Assembly: GCA_040954595.2 (NCBI GenBank)
Contig: CM082577.2
Location: forward strand, 13,523,903-13,587,902
Length of the DNA stretch: 64,000 nucleotides
Reading direction: 5' to 3'
DNA from: Balanoglossus misakiensis
Taxonomy: Eukaryota; Animalia; Hemichordata
Below, in pieces: positions 1 through 12,019 of the stretch (position 1 is the first letter of the stretch; the number at the start of each line of letters is the position of its first letter). The notes under the pieces are model-generated. The model had not been told where the DNA came from. It saw nothing but the letters and a program-made list of their open reading frames with translations, and did not search any database. Both the position numbers and the translations under genes were made by a program.

Positions 1-1103
1 ATATTTTGATCACACACTAATCCACATACATCAAAAACCAAACTTATAGCCCTATTGGTTAGCCTGGAATTAGATATGCAGAAAAATGATGTGTCAAAAG
101 TAGGTCAAAGGTCATTGCCAAAATTACCAAAATATTTATAGCATATTCTTGTCATATGATGATTCATATCCATAAAAAGAATTTCTGTGCTATCAATTTT
201 TAGGCTAGAAAGGGAATTTTTACTTTTTAATCGTTTTTCACAAAATCCAATATGGCCGCCATAATCTTCGACCAATCACATTCCTCTTCGCAAACTTGAT
301 AGACATCTGTTTAATGACCACACACACCAAATCTTGTGACTCGGTTATCGCCGGTTCTTGAGAAGAAGATTTTTGAAATTTTACTAAGGTTTTACGAAAA
401 TCCAATATGGCCGCCATAATCTTCGACCAATCACAAAGATCTTCGCAAACTTGATAGACATCAGATAGGTGACTACATACCCCAAACCCCGTGTCTCGGT
501 TATCACCAGTTCTAGAGAAGAAGATTTTTGAAATTTAAGCTGGATTTCAGAAAAAAAATTGTAGCAAAAAAACTGCAACATTGACAGCAAAATATCCAAT
601 TACAAAAATGATGGGTAGAAGGTAGACTACCTGCACACCAAATTTGAAGTCGATCTGACTTGTAGTTTCTGAGATCTAAGATTTGCATTTTTTCAGAAAA
701 TCCAATATGGCCGCCAGGTCACGTGACCAATTAAAAATTCAAGGGTTCAATGCACATCTACTCATTGACCTTGACCACTGTAGCAAGTTTCAGAAGTGTA
801 CCTGCAGCGGTGTCTGAGATCTAGAGCGACAAAGAATTGACACAAGAAAAAAGAAAGAAAGAAAGAAAGAAAGACAGAAAAACCCCAACGAAACCAATAG
901 GGCCCAAGCGCTGGCTTGCGCTTGGGCCCTAAAAAACCCCAACGAAACCAATAGGGCCCAAGCGCTGGCTTGCGCTTGGGCCCTAAAAAATTCCAACGAA
1001 ACCAATAGGGCCCAAGCGCTTGCTTGCGCTTGGGCCCTAATAAAGAAAAATTCCAACAATACCAATGGGGGCACAAGCCGCCTGAGGGCGCTTGTGCCCC
1101 CAA
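1..1103. repeat. Non-autonomous interspersed repeat (HINE/DINE-like) with internal repeats, a (GAAA)n tract and a tandem hairpin end
   Basis: AAAATCCAATATGGCCGCC recurs at ~243, ~397 and ~697. (GAAA)n at ~848-872. Four ~57-60-bp units at ~880-1103, each with a GC hairpin such as GGGCCCAAGCGC...GCGCTTGGGCCC. Confidence 0.6.
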
Positions 1104-1159
1104 TAAATCGTACTTTCGTAATTAATGTTATATTAAGAAAAATGAAAATATAACATTCT

Positions 1160-2372
1160 TTAGTTACACACCATCGTTACGTCATTAGCCATCTTGCCTA
1201 CCGTACCACATATGTCAGAAAAGGATGGTCTGGTTTCAGCGCGTTGCAGCCAACACTTCAGCATTACTTCATAGCTAAAACAGTGACATTTTGTAAAGTT
1301 TTACCTATTGAGTCCAGGTAAATAAACATTAACGATACACATGTATGCTGGATAATCTTTTACCTGTTGATAATATGTTATTAATCATTCATTCATTCGT
1401 TCAGCGCGTTGCAGCACGATATCAGCATATTTAATTAATTATTAATTGGAAACAAAACGCATGGCGACATGTTAAATATTTAAACTTTTATGAGGACTGT
1501 TAAATGTATTTCAAATATTTCACCAATCGCAAACAGGAGGAAACTCCTGCCAAATAAAAAGTTTTCCCCATCACTTTGCACAGATGTGTGACATAAAATA
1601 TCCGATGATGATTTCATCTAAATTCTCAAAACGTCATGCTTACATCTCTTTGCTACAGTGGTGTGGCTTTTGGAGCCTGTCTCCAGCACGTAATTTGTTC
1701 ATAACCTGAGAAGCTGTCAAATCCGCATATGGCGAAGAACCTATGAGAAAGTCGATATAAACTAACTAAATAAATATGCCTTCATTTACATGATATCAGG
1801 ATAGATTGATCTCGCAGTGACTCTCGCGTAAAGGCTTAATTTACTGGCTTCAGATAAACTGAAAGTATTATTGAAAGTAAAGGCTATCCAAAAATGAGTA
1901 GGGTATTTATCGTTCATTTAACACCCGGTATTTCCTGAAGTTAGACCTTATTAATTGTCTTACCTAATGTTGCTATTTCCCACAGTAGAACTCCGTATGA
2001 CCAAACATCACTTTTAATCGTGTACTTGTAGTGCATCAATGATTCTATGGCCATCCACCTAATTGGCAAACGACCCTGAAATAATTACATACAGACAGTT
2101 TCACTCTCTATTCGCAGAGATACAAATCGCTGGTTTACCGATTTAAAAACAGTATGTGTATTACTAATCCAATGTCAAAGTAATACACTAAACAAAGGAC
2201 CAGCGTAAGCATGTGCGTTTACTTGCCTGGGGTTTGCAGAAATAAACAGGGTTTTCACTGACATTTCTAGCAAAGCCGAAGTCTGATATCTTACAGCACA
2301 TTTGTTCACCTAATAGAATATTCCTTGTCGCTAGATCCCTGTGAATGCACTGAAGTTTATAAAGAACATGTA

Positions 2373-2423
<51 letters not shown>

Positions 2424-5400
2424 TTTAGTACAATTTATACATTTCGAAATGATTACCAAAAAATGTCTGTCATCTAATCCATGTTCTCAAATGTTTGCTT
2501 ATATACCCATTATTTTTTAAAAGTTACCTCTTTCGATGCAATAAAACACATGCCCTTGGCGATCTGCCAGGCAAACTGGAGCAGGTCATGTGAGGTGAGG
2601 TCTCGACAGTTCGGGTAGACATTCTGATAATTTTGCTTTGATCTGTTTTTTACCAAGTACTCTTGTAAGTTGCCATTGGGTGCTAGTTCGAGAACAATAC
2701 ACAGGGGGCCTGTGTGCAAAATAAGCTGTGTTATTGCGCTAGAATCTTCCATTATAAACACGTCAAATCATGAAATGTAGGGTGGAATTCAATTTCATCA
2801 CAATTATTGGAAAACGCTCTTTTCTAAAATCTCGGAAATATAAACATTTTAATATAGTTCCCTTGACTTTATTTCTGTGAAAGGTGACCAATATTTCTTT
2901 GGAAGTTAACGTTTATTTAAAAAAACATGGGTTAAGTAAGACACTTTTCAGGAATGGAGGTTCACATTGCTATACATGTAGTCTCGTATCACCATGACAA
3001 AACAGTGACGTCATCTCTAACTGATTGTATTTCTCTTTATTTCAAGGCATCCCCGTTTCCTGTATATTGTCATAAATAAATGTAGATGCGTGATTGGCAT
3101 TGGATTTGGTCAGCTACAAACGAGGTCGTGTTGTGACAGAACTCCATGACCTATGCGCACGATCTGTGCCGTACAGAAGTTACAGAAGTAAATCTTGTGA
3201 CAGTACTACGAATTACTTCTATACGGCACGGATTGTCAAAGGGTTCTGTTATTATTGCATGTGTTTCTTCAAATTTGACGAAATTGAAGTTTCGATCGTG
3301 GCGTCTTCATGCAACCCACAGACGGTCGCTCATTGGCCAAGTTACGCAGCTTTTGTCATTCAAAGTAGGTCATCTTGGGTCAGGTCATCAGCGGGTACGC
3401 TCAGGGGTAGCGAGATCGTATTTGCTGTATTCAGGAACACTGGCGACAGCGAAAGATTTTCGTAAAGTAAGAGGTTATACTGTTGGTTAAACTGATGTCG
3501 TTCTTCTGATGATAGTTGGGAAGCATAATAAAACAACGCAACCCAGAGACGGCTTTTCATCTGGTTATTGGCCATATACAAAGCCTTTGTCTTTCAAAGT
3601 AGGGTGATTTGAGTCAGGTCACCAGCGGTTTGGCTCAGAGATCGCGAGATCTCATCGGCAATATTGAAGAACACTGGCAATAACGAGTGATTGGAGTAAA
3701 TTTTGAGGTTCCTAAATCTACTGTCCGCAAAATATGTTTTATCTTCTGAAGATAGCTGGGAAGGATAATTAAATGACGTGCTCAAATGTCAAAAAATCAC
3801 TCGCCGACGATTATTTGTAGCTCTAGCATCCATGGTGTCCCTGATGGTGTCCAATGTTTACAATCAGAAAGTAGTTCCCTGCTTCTATATGTTCATGTGC
3901 ACTCCTGATGACCAAGTGACTAGTTTACAACACAATGTACTGAAACTGGCCTGAGATAACTATTGGTACATATGGTGTATGATGAATTAATTAATTTTCA
4001 TTAGTATTTTAAAGGGGATTTAAATTGACAGAAATTCCAATTCTATCGCGCTTTGAAATGGGACTATTTTATTTTATTTACAAATGTAGACCAAACCAGC
4101 TGGCAAACGACGGAATCGGCAGTAAAAATGCGTGTAGACCTACACTAGATCACATAGACCAAAATGAAACACTTAAACCCCGGTGCGGGGTATAAAAGAC
4201 CCCCCAAATCAGTGGCGAATCTTAATGCCGTTTGACTGACAACAGACAACACCAACGATCTTGGCTCTATGAAAATCGGCCCAAACAGGTCCAAGCATAA
4301 AGAATTACACCACACAACGACAGTAGTTGGCTTTATAAACACACACAACATAAAGTTATCGACGAAAAAGTACACGGGCTTATGAGACAACGATGATTTT
4401 TGGAGAAATCTGGTTTCAGTGCTTTTCAGAAGCGTCCCTGGGAAACAATAACCACGCCATTCAAACAGTTGTCAATCGCGTGGAAGTGTGAAGTGTTCAA
4501 TTATTTTCTGTGTACATGAGAGCAATTACACAGTCATTATGCAAGACGACCACTCCCAAATAAACAACCATACAAACACACGTTAATCCGAACCCCAGGA
4601 CTTTCCGCACCGGGGTTTAAAGATTACCTATGACCCCTGATAAACTGATGGCAACGCATACGTGTCCACGCATTGTTTACCTTTGTCAGTAAATCTAATG
4701 CAGCTCAGCACGTCTGACCGCTTACCATCTACTGACGAATATCTAGGTACGTGAACATCGATTGGTGTAATTGCTATCGAGTGTGCACCTCCATTTCTGA
4801 AATGTGTCTTATAATGCATTCATTTATTGACTCGCGGTTGATGTAACGACCCAAATGGCATGTAGAACATTGGCAACGATGACACAAAGTGTAGTAAGTA
4901 TCTCAAAGGGTGGGTGTCGTCCTGTCTGCGATTTATGATGTCACATGCAAAACAGTTGCTATAGCAACTCAAATTGTAAATGTGCGTCATTGCAAACAAT
5001 ACGGTTGTTCCTTTGCGTTATGTATTACACCGTTCACCATGGCGTCGTTACATTATATCTCAAGTGACCAGTGGGGACAATGCCCATGGTGTTTTTATAA
5101 ACAGAAAAGTCTCACATGTGCAGTTCAGGACGACACGCGCCCTTTTGATATTGAGGCCATATACCTGATTGCGTACAGCTGCCGAGAAGTGCCACAACAT
5201 TTGGATGACTTGATCCTAACAGTTTCATTATTTCTAATTCTTGAAGGAAGTTTTCCATTCCGCAAACGGAAGCCCCTTCTAGCGTACAAAAGAAATTGTT
5301 AGAATTTGTTGAAAGAAACAGGTAGACAACGCACTCACATTGCAAGAAAAGTCTCATTTTATTACAACAAAATATACAGAAACATAAAACCAGAAGTATG

Positions 5401-8400
5401 ACAATGGTACTATACTGTCTTAACATACCTCGCAAACGCTTAACAGCTACCTCAGTATTTTGTAAGTGATCATGAATATTTTGCGTCACTGCTTTCCAAA
5501 CGACACCGAATTCTCCCTGTCCAAGGTAACCATTCTCACAGAAAGTCAGTTCACCATAATCAAATTCAAACTTGTCGAAAGAGGAACGATGTTCGTTACT
5601 TAGCAGCGGTAGTGCTCTCTCGAAGTTATTAAGTTCATAAAAAATATCCTTGATTTAAAATAAGAAGAGTTATATTAGTATAATTCAGTATGCAATTTAG
5701 TTTTTCAATAGAGATATGTTGATTTATTGTCTTTATATTTTTATGTTTAATTAAGCAATTACCCCACCACAGGTCAATATACACTAGATTTTGGTACAAT
5801 GAGCGAAATATATCATGAGACGTTAGGCGAGTGCTGCATGGAGCAAATTGTACCCGAAATCGAGGCGGGGGTTATTGCTATAATATTAAATCAAAAATCG
5901 ATTTTGTGGTATATCAGTGTCATTTTAGTAACGAAAGAGCGTCAAAAAGAGAAGTTACAAACTGAACGAAAGTCGCTTTGATAAATGTAAGCTCGAGGGC
6001 TGGAATCGAGCATTAAAACATGAAGCAGGCGACAAAATTTGACACAACAAGCATCATGCATGTAAAATTGCCAAGATATTCAAATACAGACTTCCAAAAT
6101 AAACCGCCTGTAAATTCAACATTGATTTTATTATATAAATATCTGGTTTAAGCCCTTATTTTCCGTGCGGAATGTTAGTTCAGTGGCCGATTTTAGCAGC
6201 GTTCTCTTGAGTATTTTAGCATAGTTGGTTTAACTCTCGCCCAATCAGAATGGTATATGGTATAGCATGATATTTTTTTTATGTAATCTTTTATTTGCAT
6301 TGTAGCTAATAAAACTGTTTTCTGCTACTGGAGGTAAATTATATTTTTACCCATATCAAAATATATTTTTTGTAAATTAAATGCAATTTTCGATATATAT
6401 TGACATGGAGCATTTTCACGTGTTTTTTTAACAGGCAGTATTTTCATTATTTACACGTGGTTTTGGATTCTCCACCAACTCTTCTTTTCTCCCTGAATCT
6501 ATATTCTGAAAACAAAACATATAATATATTTCAGTGCATTGCCTATGATAGCATTGCATACGCATTAATTCGCATATTTTGAAATTACGTTTAACACGAC
6601 TAGAACTCTTTGGGTACCGGACAACAGCTGTACTCGCCATTTTATTTTGTCCAGACAATAGCCCCACACTTAAATTTGTCCATTTGGGGCAGCATTGATA
6701 GGCGTAGCGTGCTAGCAGGGTACGCTTACCCATTCCATACACCTGGCACTGCCTCTTAAAGGGGTTCCAAATGACCAAATAAGTCATTGTCATTTTTATT
6801 TGTTTGTTTCTTGGACTAGGTAATTCACTTACTTTATATGATAATGATTTTTGGACCTGATTTCATACCATGTTATATACGTTACACATTTTATATGTAT
6901 AGATTGATTCTTTAGATTGCATGTAAACTGTGTGCATGTAATACGTGGCTACTTACTGATTCCATGCTTGATTTGCTGTCATATCCTTCATCAGCATGAA
7001 TTTGCACTGTCAAGTCGGTTGACTGTTTATGAGGTTTCTGGAAGAATACCAATAATGCGAAACATAATGTTTTCTTACTTACTTAACGTTTGTTGTTTGA
7101 CAGAGTGTTAACCAGGCATATCAATTTGCTTAGCAGTACAAAAATTACAAACAATTGACTTTGCAACAATGCCTCCGTTGTCGTTATTCAGTTCTTTACA
7201 TTTCAGTGATACGCGACGACAGTACCAAGTACTCTTAATCAATACAAAACAAAACCAAAATCGCAAAAGTCTAGAAGCAAAACGTTGCTACCTTACACAA
7301 ACATGAAAACGATTTAAACTTTCCTTTACATGTTAAAGATGTGCGCATTTGCTTACCGTCTTTTCGTTCTCCGTGGACGTTCTTGCATATTTTCCCCCGG
7401 CTCTAGACCGGCGTTTTCGATAACAAATAACACATGCCACTAAGGCTATAATCACCACCGGTAGCACCACTGTTAAAGTGATCAATAGCGTCATTTTGGA
7501 GATGCTGATCACCGATTTGGGTGTAGGTGTAGTAGTATCTGTGTAGCGCAAAACAAAAACAAAAACAATGACGTTAGATGTTATGTTATATACATTTGTT
7601 TTAAGTGAATTCCTTTTCAAGACAATAATGACAATTTGTAACGTTCTTGTTTTAAAATATATTTATTCACACTTTAAAGCAGTACAAAACAGATAATTAC
7701 TTGGGTTTTTAAAACTAGAAACACGGACAATAGATAACATTTCTTTAATCAATGTAGTACACAGTAGTTTTTTTATCAGTCAATCTACACTTGCACAATA
7801 ACAAAAACCTTACAAAGTAGATAAATGTGTGTTTAACTCTTTGTACTTCTATTTTCTAGATTGAACGAGTTTTACTATGGATATAACATAACTGAAAAAT
7901 GGGTTTATAGCATGCCACCACAATGAAAACATTTCCCCATGGAATAGCTAAATTTGTGAATTGCTTTCGTGAAATGCACATTAAATTACTGGTGAAATCA
8001 CCGAAGCTCTCTCTGTGTGATTATATCAATCCTGTTGATAACTATGGTCGAATTCTCCTGTCGGTCGAATCACCGCATGGATAATATAAAGTGTAAAACC
8101 ACCTTCTGGCATCCTGAGACCGGCAGAAACTACACAAATACATATCCCTTAGAACTCTAAACTGTACACGCCAGCCTGTCCTTGTGTGGATAGTTTGGCC
8201 ATCATGATAATAACACGCAGTTATGTTAAGGTCAATTGTTACCTTGTATCGTTGACATGATCAAGGCTGATGAAATTGCCGTAGTTCTTATTCCCGTCGA
8301 CGACGGCCCTTTAAAGATAAAAAAAACATAATAAAGCCACGTTTGATAAATACGATTTTAACTTTCAATCCCCCATTCTTGAACGACATAATTTTCAAAG

Positions 8401-10583
8401 ACAAAAATAAGTTGAAATTACCTTGAGTTTTTGTCGAGGCAACCGATCTTGCCAGGGATACGCCTTTCGTCGCGATAAAGAAGGTTGTCGATTGACCTAT
8501 TAAATAGACGACTCTTCCATGACAAAATACCAGCTAAAATGTGATATTCCACAAACACGTCTTGGTTGCAGTAAACGCATTTTAGAAAAGCACGTCAAAA
8601 TCGCTCCCTAAATACAATAAAGACTGTTGGGATAGTTCCACACAAATAAAATATGGAAAACACAAGCACGTTTTGTTGTTGCATTAATTACTAGCAACAT
8701 GATAAATACGGCTGATGTCATGATTTCCTTAAATAGGATTATCCCAAATAGTTCCAATCGTGTTGAAATCACAGGTATCGACAAAATTACGAGCGGACGA
8801 CGGACGGTTTCCTACGAACAATAAGGATATGAGTTGTTTGTTGCAGCGGGGTTAAAAGAGTCGACCTCGACAATTGGGAGGAACAATAGTTTAACATTGC
8901 ACTGGGCCTGTAAATATGAATTATGTTCAAGGTCGGCACAAAATGAACTATTACACATTCAGACATGTTCGGGTGTTCTGTGAGTGTGAAAACCCAGATG
9001 GTGTATATTAGTCTATGCAAAGGGCCGGTCGAACTAGTAGACAGTTTCTAGCACGTAGTTCATTTTTATTTTCTTTCATCCGGACTTGGATGGCGCACCG
9101 GCTAGAGAAAGGTGTCGTATCGGTCGTCACTTGCTAATAATAGTTGCCTGTAGTAAATCTTGATTTAGCAACGGTATTTTGGGGTGTGTCTCCAATGACT
9201 AACATCGCGTGACTGTCACATGATTGCCGCATGATATCCAAAGTACACGTTATCAACCGTTCAAACGTATCACAACCTTCTGTTCTGACCATCCCATGAC
9301 GGCTATCTGTTAATCACTGTGCCCCGGGAAAAATCGAACAGGTAATATCCAGTGTAAGCTTACAGGCTGTGCGATATGTTTCAAGATAGCGATAGTATAT
9401 GTAAATTGCTGTAAAATGTGTTTAGATCCATATTGTGTCAATGATGACGTCATAGCTACCAGTCGGCAAGTGTTTTTCTTGCATTTGAACAAGCGAACAA
9501 ATCGACACAAACGGCAGCACATGCAAACCTTTGCGGTGGTTGGGCATGTTGTTGCCTGTTTCCAATGTTGAGAAATTTCTCACCGCGTGTTTCACAAAGC
9601 CTCTCCTGACATATACAAATAAATAGGCGAGGTTTGTAAACAAAAGTTAAACATTCTCAAATTCACTTAAATGACAACATTTTTAACATTTAAAAAAGAA
9701 AAGTAAAAAGAATGAATGTCGTGCTTGTCGCCAAAATCCAGACAATAGTTAAAATCGTTGTTGTTCTCTGGCCGCCATGAGCATATCTAGTCAAGAATCT
9801 AACCGGACGTTGATGACGCTTGGCCACGTCAATCCCGAATCTGTCCACGCTATCGGGCGAAGTCCTTCTAAGTACGTTGATTTGGATAGATTCCAGACAA
9901 ACTCCATATATGGAAGAACTTTACGCCTATACTTCAAGTCTAGTGATATGTAGGGTGTATAACTGCGCCATCGCGTGCACTTCAATCAATGATCGTTTCG
10001 CTACTGCATACCTGCACTGATTTCTTCAAATAAAACTACACAAACAATGTAAACATATCAAATCAGTTAATTGTGAACATAACCACCACGGGTTCGATGT
10101 AGAAACTCGACGACGACAGTGTTTTTCATTCTACTTTTTTATGACGAGAAAAAAATCTAGATCTTCTGTTAGTAAAACTGATTGGTTTAAGGCAATGTAC
10201 CGGTTCTAAAATGGAATTTTCTGTTCCCCTGAATTTGGTTATGAAAGTTAAAACGTTGATTCTAAATAGGGGAACGTAACTGTTTCTACTGCCGGTCGAT
10301 GATGGGTCGACCGAAACTGATGACATTAAATCTCCATGAGATAACATTTAAGCATAATTTTAACGAGCAAATGGTTTTCTTTATCGTTATCCCATCGACG
10401 ACACCATTGTACATTTGGGGAGGTTTTAAAATGCACGAGCGCATATACCGCAAGAGTTGCTGCGTACTGAATAAAAGGGTGCGACACCCATTTGTTGTTA
10501 AGGTTATTCAACTAACTATTGACGGGGGTGAGTGCCTAAACAATTGCTAACTTCGCCAGAAACAAACACAAACAAACAAACAC

Positions 10584-10642
<59 letters not shown>

Positions 10643-12019
10643 AACAAACACACGCACACAATGAATTACAAGATAACCAAAGAGGTTTAACACATTTACA
10701 CTCCGTACCCAAGTCTCACTCATATCTCAACACTGAGACTGCGCATCACTGAGACTGCGCATGCCAATTGGGCTTACCACACACATAGAAATTTAGTGGG
10801 CATGGTGTAGGCGCTGTCTGACACATGACCAGTGAGAACCAATGGAAATTCAGTTGCATCACCCAACTTTAGGCAGCAATATGTATTGCGACACGACATT
10901 CTTCCAGCGCACACGTTAGCCAACGTCGTGGGCTTAGTGTGACTAGGCAATGTAGAAATTTAAAAAAACAACTCTTAGTGAGAGAGACTTAGCATTACGC
11001 ACCAATATACTGGGACCTTGCGGAAAACAACAATAGCCGTTCACGTTCTATGCATTGCCTTACCTGATACTACGTCTACGTATACGGACTCCTTCTTGAT
11101 GTTTCGCTGTTCATAAAAAGCAAGGCAAGTGTATTCACCCATATCTTCGTACAGGATGTTTTTAAACATAAGTAGGGCAAAATCGGTTGAGAGATTATTC
11201 TCTGTAGTGTGTCCGAATGTTTGGGAAATGCGGTCACTGTCGCCCTCGAAAATCGTTTCTTTGGCCTTCCAGCGAAGCGTCAGAAATGGCTGTGATGGCG
11301 TGGCAGTGCATTTCACGTGTAAATCCACACCAGCGGTGGTGTTGATGACGGACAGGTTGTCGCGTTTAGCTGCATTCATGGAAATAATTTTCATCTCAAG
11401 GGGTTCTAAAAACAAAGAATAGAAATATGTTGAGAAATTAAAGACTTGTCGAAAACTAGTATATTGATTGCGGTAAAATATTGCCACAAACTGCAAATCA
11501 AACTACGAAAACACACATATATGTCTCCACGCAGGAAGTGCCTACCCGGCATATCAAGCAATACAATAAGAAATAATAATGATAAATGCCACACATTAAA
11601 TTTCATGTGCAAAAAATCATACTCATCATCAGTTATAACAACAACAACAGCAATAATAACAACAACACTAGCGCTAAAGCCTTACCATAAAGCTTGAACC
11701 GAACGAGTCCAATTTTTCGTGAATCCTGAGTGTGTAATCGGCAGTGATATTCACCCTCATCGGTTTTCCTTGTACCATTTATATTCAAAGTTGTAAATGT
11801 AGCGTCTCCAGCATAATATCTGTTATGAATGGGGTAAGGCTGTTCATTTTCGTTTTGTTGGGCAAGAAATGTGTTGTATTCTCCCTTTGTCCAACGAACA
11901 GAAGCTATAGGCTGGTCGTTTAGTCTGGCGGGACATACTAGCGAAGCAATCGTTCCTAGTTCAGCGTAAATTGGCTCTTCGATGCTTTGATCTTTCGTGT
12001 ACGTTCCTTTAGCGCTTCC
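1160..12019 (-). CDS. Ig-domain receptor tyrosine kinase (FGFR/RET-like), multi-exon; signal-peptide exon not resolved
   Basis: Approximate exons: Ig1 11686-12019 (LVCPA..VRW..DEGEYHC), Ig2 11064-11406 (VKC..LRW..DMGEYTC), S/T-rich micro-exons ~8422-8497 and ~8244-8308, TM 7357-7538 ([27 protein letters not shown]). Kinase exons 5429-5648 ([13 protein letters not shown]), 5165-5279 (HPNVVALLG), 2529-2710, 2227-2350 ([11 protein letters not shown]), 1964-2075 ([17 protein letters not shown]), 1643-1741 and ~1160-1274 (MLKCW..RPSF). Kinase splice phases are compatible where checked. Confidence 0.9.
2376..2422. repeat. (CAT)n microsatellite
   Basis: Uninterrupted ATC/CAT run in a kinase intron. 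Confidence 0.95.
4177..4616. mobile_element. MITE flanked by TTAA
   Basis: TTAA|ACCCCGGTGCGG ... CCGCACCGGGGT|TTAA perfect inverted termini; no coding capacity. Confidence 0.75.
10561..10650. repeat. (ACAG)n/(AAAC)n microsatellite
   Basis: Direct tetranucleotide runs. Confidence 0.9.

Noticed and set aside
762-1103. Repetitive ORFs (LGPKRKPALGPYWFRW / RAQAQASAWALL) and a CRISPR-like look
   Set aside because: These are translations of tandem hairpin units; there are no unique spacers or cas genes, and the context is eukaryotic.
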